This document shows positions 63,317 through 64,000 of a stretch of 64,000 nt of DNA, one piece after another. The notes under the pieces are model-generated. The model was given only the letters and a program-made list of their open reading frames with translations, did not search any database and had not been told where the DNA came from. The position numbers and the translations under genes were made by a program. Origin of the DNA: Bryobacterales bacterium (lineage in GTDB: Bacteria; Acidobacteriota; Terriglobia; Bryobacterales; UBA6623); contig CBDCTD010000002.1 in the NCBI GenBank assembly GCA_965222095.1, forward strand, positions 482,909 through 546,908, in the 5' to 3' direction. Numbering within the stretch: position 1 is the stretch's first letter; every line of letters starts with the position of its first letter.

Positions 63317-64000
63317 ATGTATACCCGCAGAGAACTAATCGCCGTGCTGGCGGCCGGCACACTGGTTGCCAAGGACTACCCAGTCCATCGTCCGACAGTG
63401 GAGCCGCTGTGGAAATCTCCCGACGGCTACCCCAACGCCCTGGAGGCGTCGCCCGAGGGCCTTTGGGTTGGGGAGCAGATCACCGACGTGGCGTATTTGC
63501 TCGACTGGGAAAGCGGCAAAGTGCTGCGTAAAATCGCGACCGATTCTTCGAACACCAGCGGCATGGCCTACGGAGGAGGATTCCTCTGGATGGCGGCCAA
63601 CGGGCCCCCGTTACGCCGCAAGCCGCGTCCCCGTGATGGCACCCCGGGCGCCGTCGTCAAGATCGATGCTAAATCCGGCAACACGGTTGCGCGTTACCCG
63701 ATTCCCGGAGGAGGCGGTCTTCATGGTTTGACCTGGGCAGAGAATTCGCTGTGGGTCACTACGCTGACGCTGAAGAAATTGACCCAGGTCGATGTGGATT
63801 TCAACATCCTTCGCAGTATTCCTGTGACCTTGGACCGCGCCCACGGCCTGGCATGGGATGACGGCTCGATCTGGTGCGTTTTCTCGAACGACTACGTCAT
63901 TCAGCGACTCGATGCAAAGGACGGCCGTATCATTGAAGCAGTGCAGCTTCGGAAGGAATCGGATCCCGACCCGCATGGCATGACGCGCTATAACGGCGCT
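63317..64000 (+). CDS. beta-propeller-like exported protein, 3'-truncated by the window end
   Basis: The frame is open from the ATG at 63317 to the window end (228 codons). It has a Tat-like N-terminus (MYTRRELIAVLAAG) and repeated GL.W....LW blades. It is not in the ORF track because no stop is reached. Confidence 0.5.
   Translation, partial: MYTRRELIAVLAAGTLVAKDYPVHRPTVEPLWKSPDGYPNALEASPEGLWVGEQITDVAYLLDWESGKVLRKIATDSSNTSGMAYGGGFLWMAANGPPLRRKPRPRDGTPGAVVKIDAKSGNTVARYPIPGGGGLHGLTWAENSLWVTTLTLKKLTQVDVDFNILRSIPVTLDRAHGLAWDDGSIWCVFSNDYVIQRLDAKDGRIIEAVQLRKESDPDPHGMTRYNGA

Overview
Visibly GC-rich bacterial chromosomal window with about 55 credible protein genes, one tRNA-Phe, no rRNA and no CRISPR array. 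The gene content suggests a soil Acidobacteriota/Planctomycetota-like organism: a Ser/Thr kinase fused to TolB-like propeller repeats, NHL-repeat proteins, a GldF/GldG-type ABC system with a DUF4340 partner, Tat-signal oxidoreductases and bacillithiol genes. Taxonomy cannot be fixed from the sequence alone. Core functions are trxA plus a glutaredoxin-like gene, a repair/tRNA-maturation run (class IV aminotransferase, mpg, dinB, cca), groES-groEL, a translationally coupled cysM-mec-cysO-moeZ operon, an ABC-F ATPase, sugar-acid type catabolic genes and bshA/ypdA. The accessory layer holds three insertion sequences: an intact IS1380-family element with a 5-bp target duplication that clips the 3' end of a membrane-protein gene, a decayed second IS1380 left end, and an IS4/IS701-like element nested in a MITE. 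The transposase of that nested element is split at an A_AAA_AAG slippery run and again by a second frameshift. There is also a family of ~195-bp CTAG-bounded MITE-like elements (4 copies) and a 186-bp palindromic relative sharing the same GC hairpin core. Four type II toxin-antitoxin loci are present (hicAB, gp49/RelE-XRE, higBA, phd-doc), two with decayed toxins. Best leads: the MITE family and its kinship with the IS1380 termini; MITE ends supplying TAG stop codons; the candidate -1 frameshift transposase with an AbrB-like N-terminus; a compensated double frameshift in a sulfotransferase; a CysO carrier with residues beyond its GG next to a JAMM protease; and an apparently circularly permuted FAD oxidoreductase fused to a membrane polyferredoxin.
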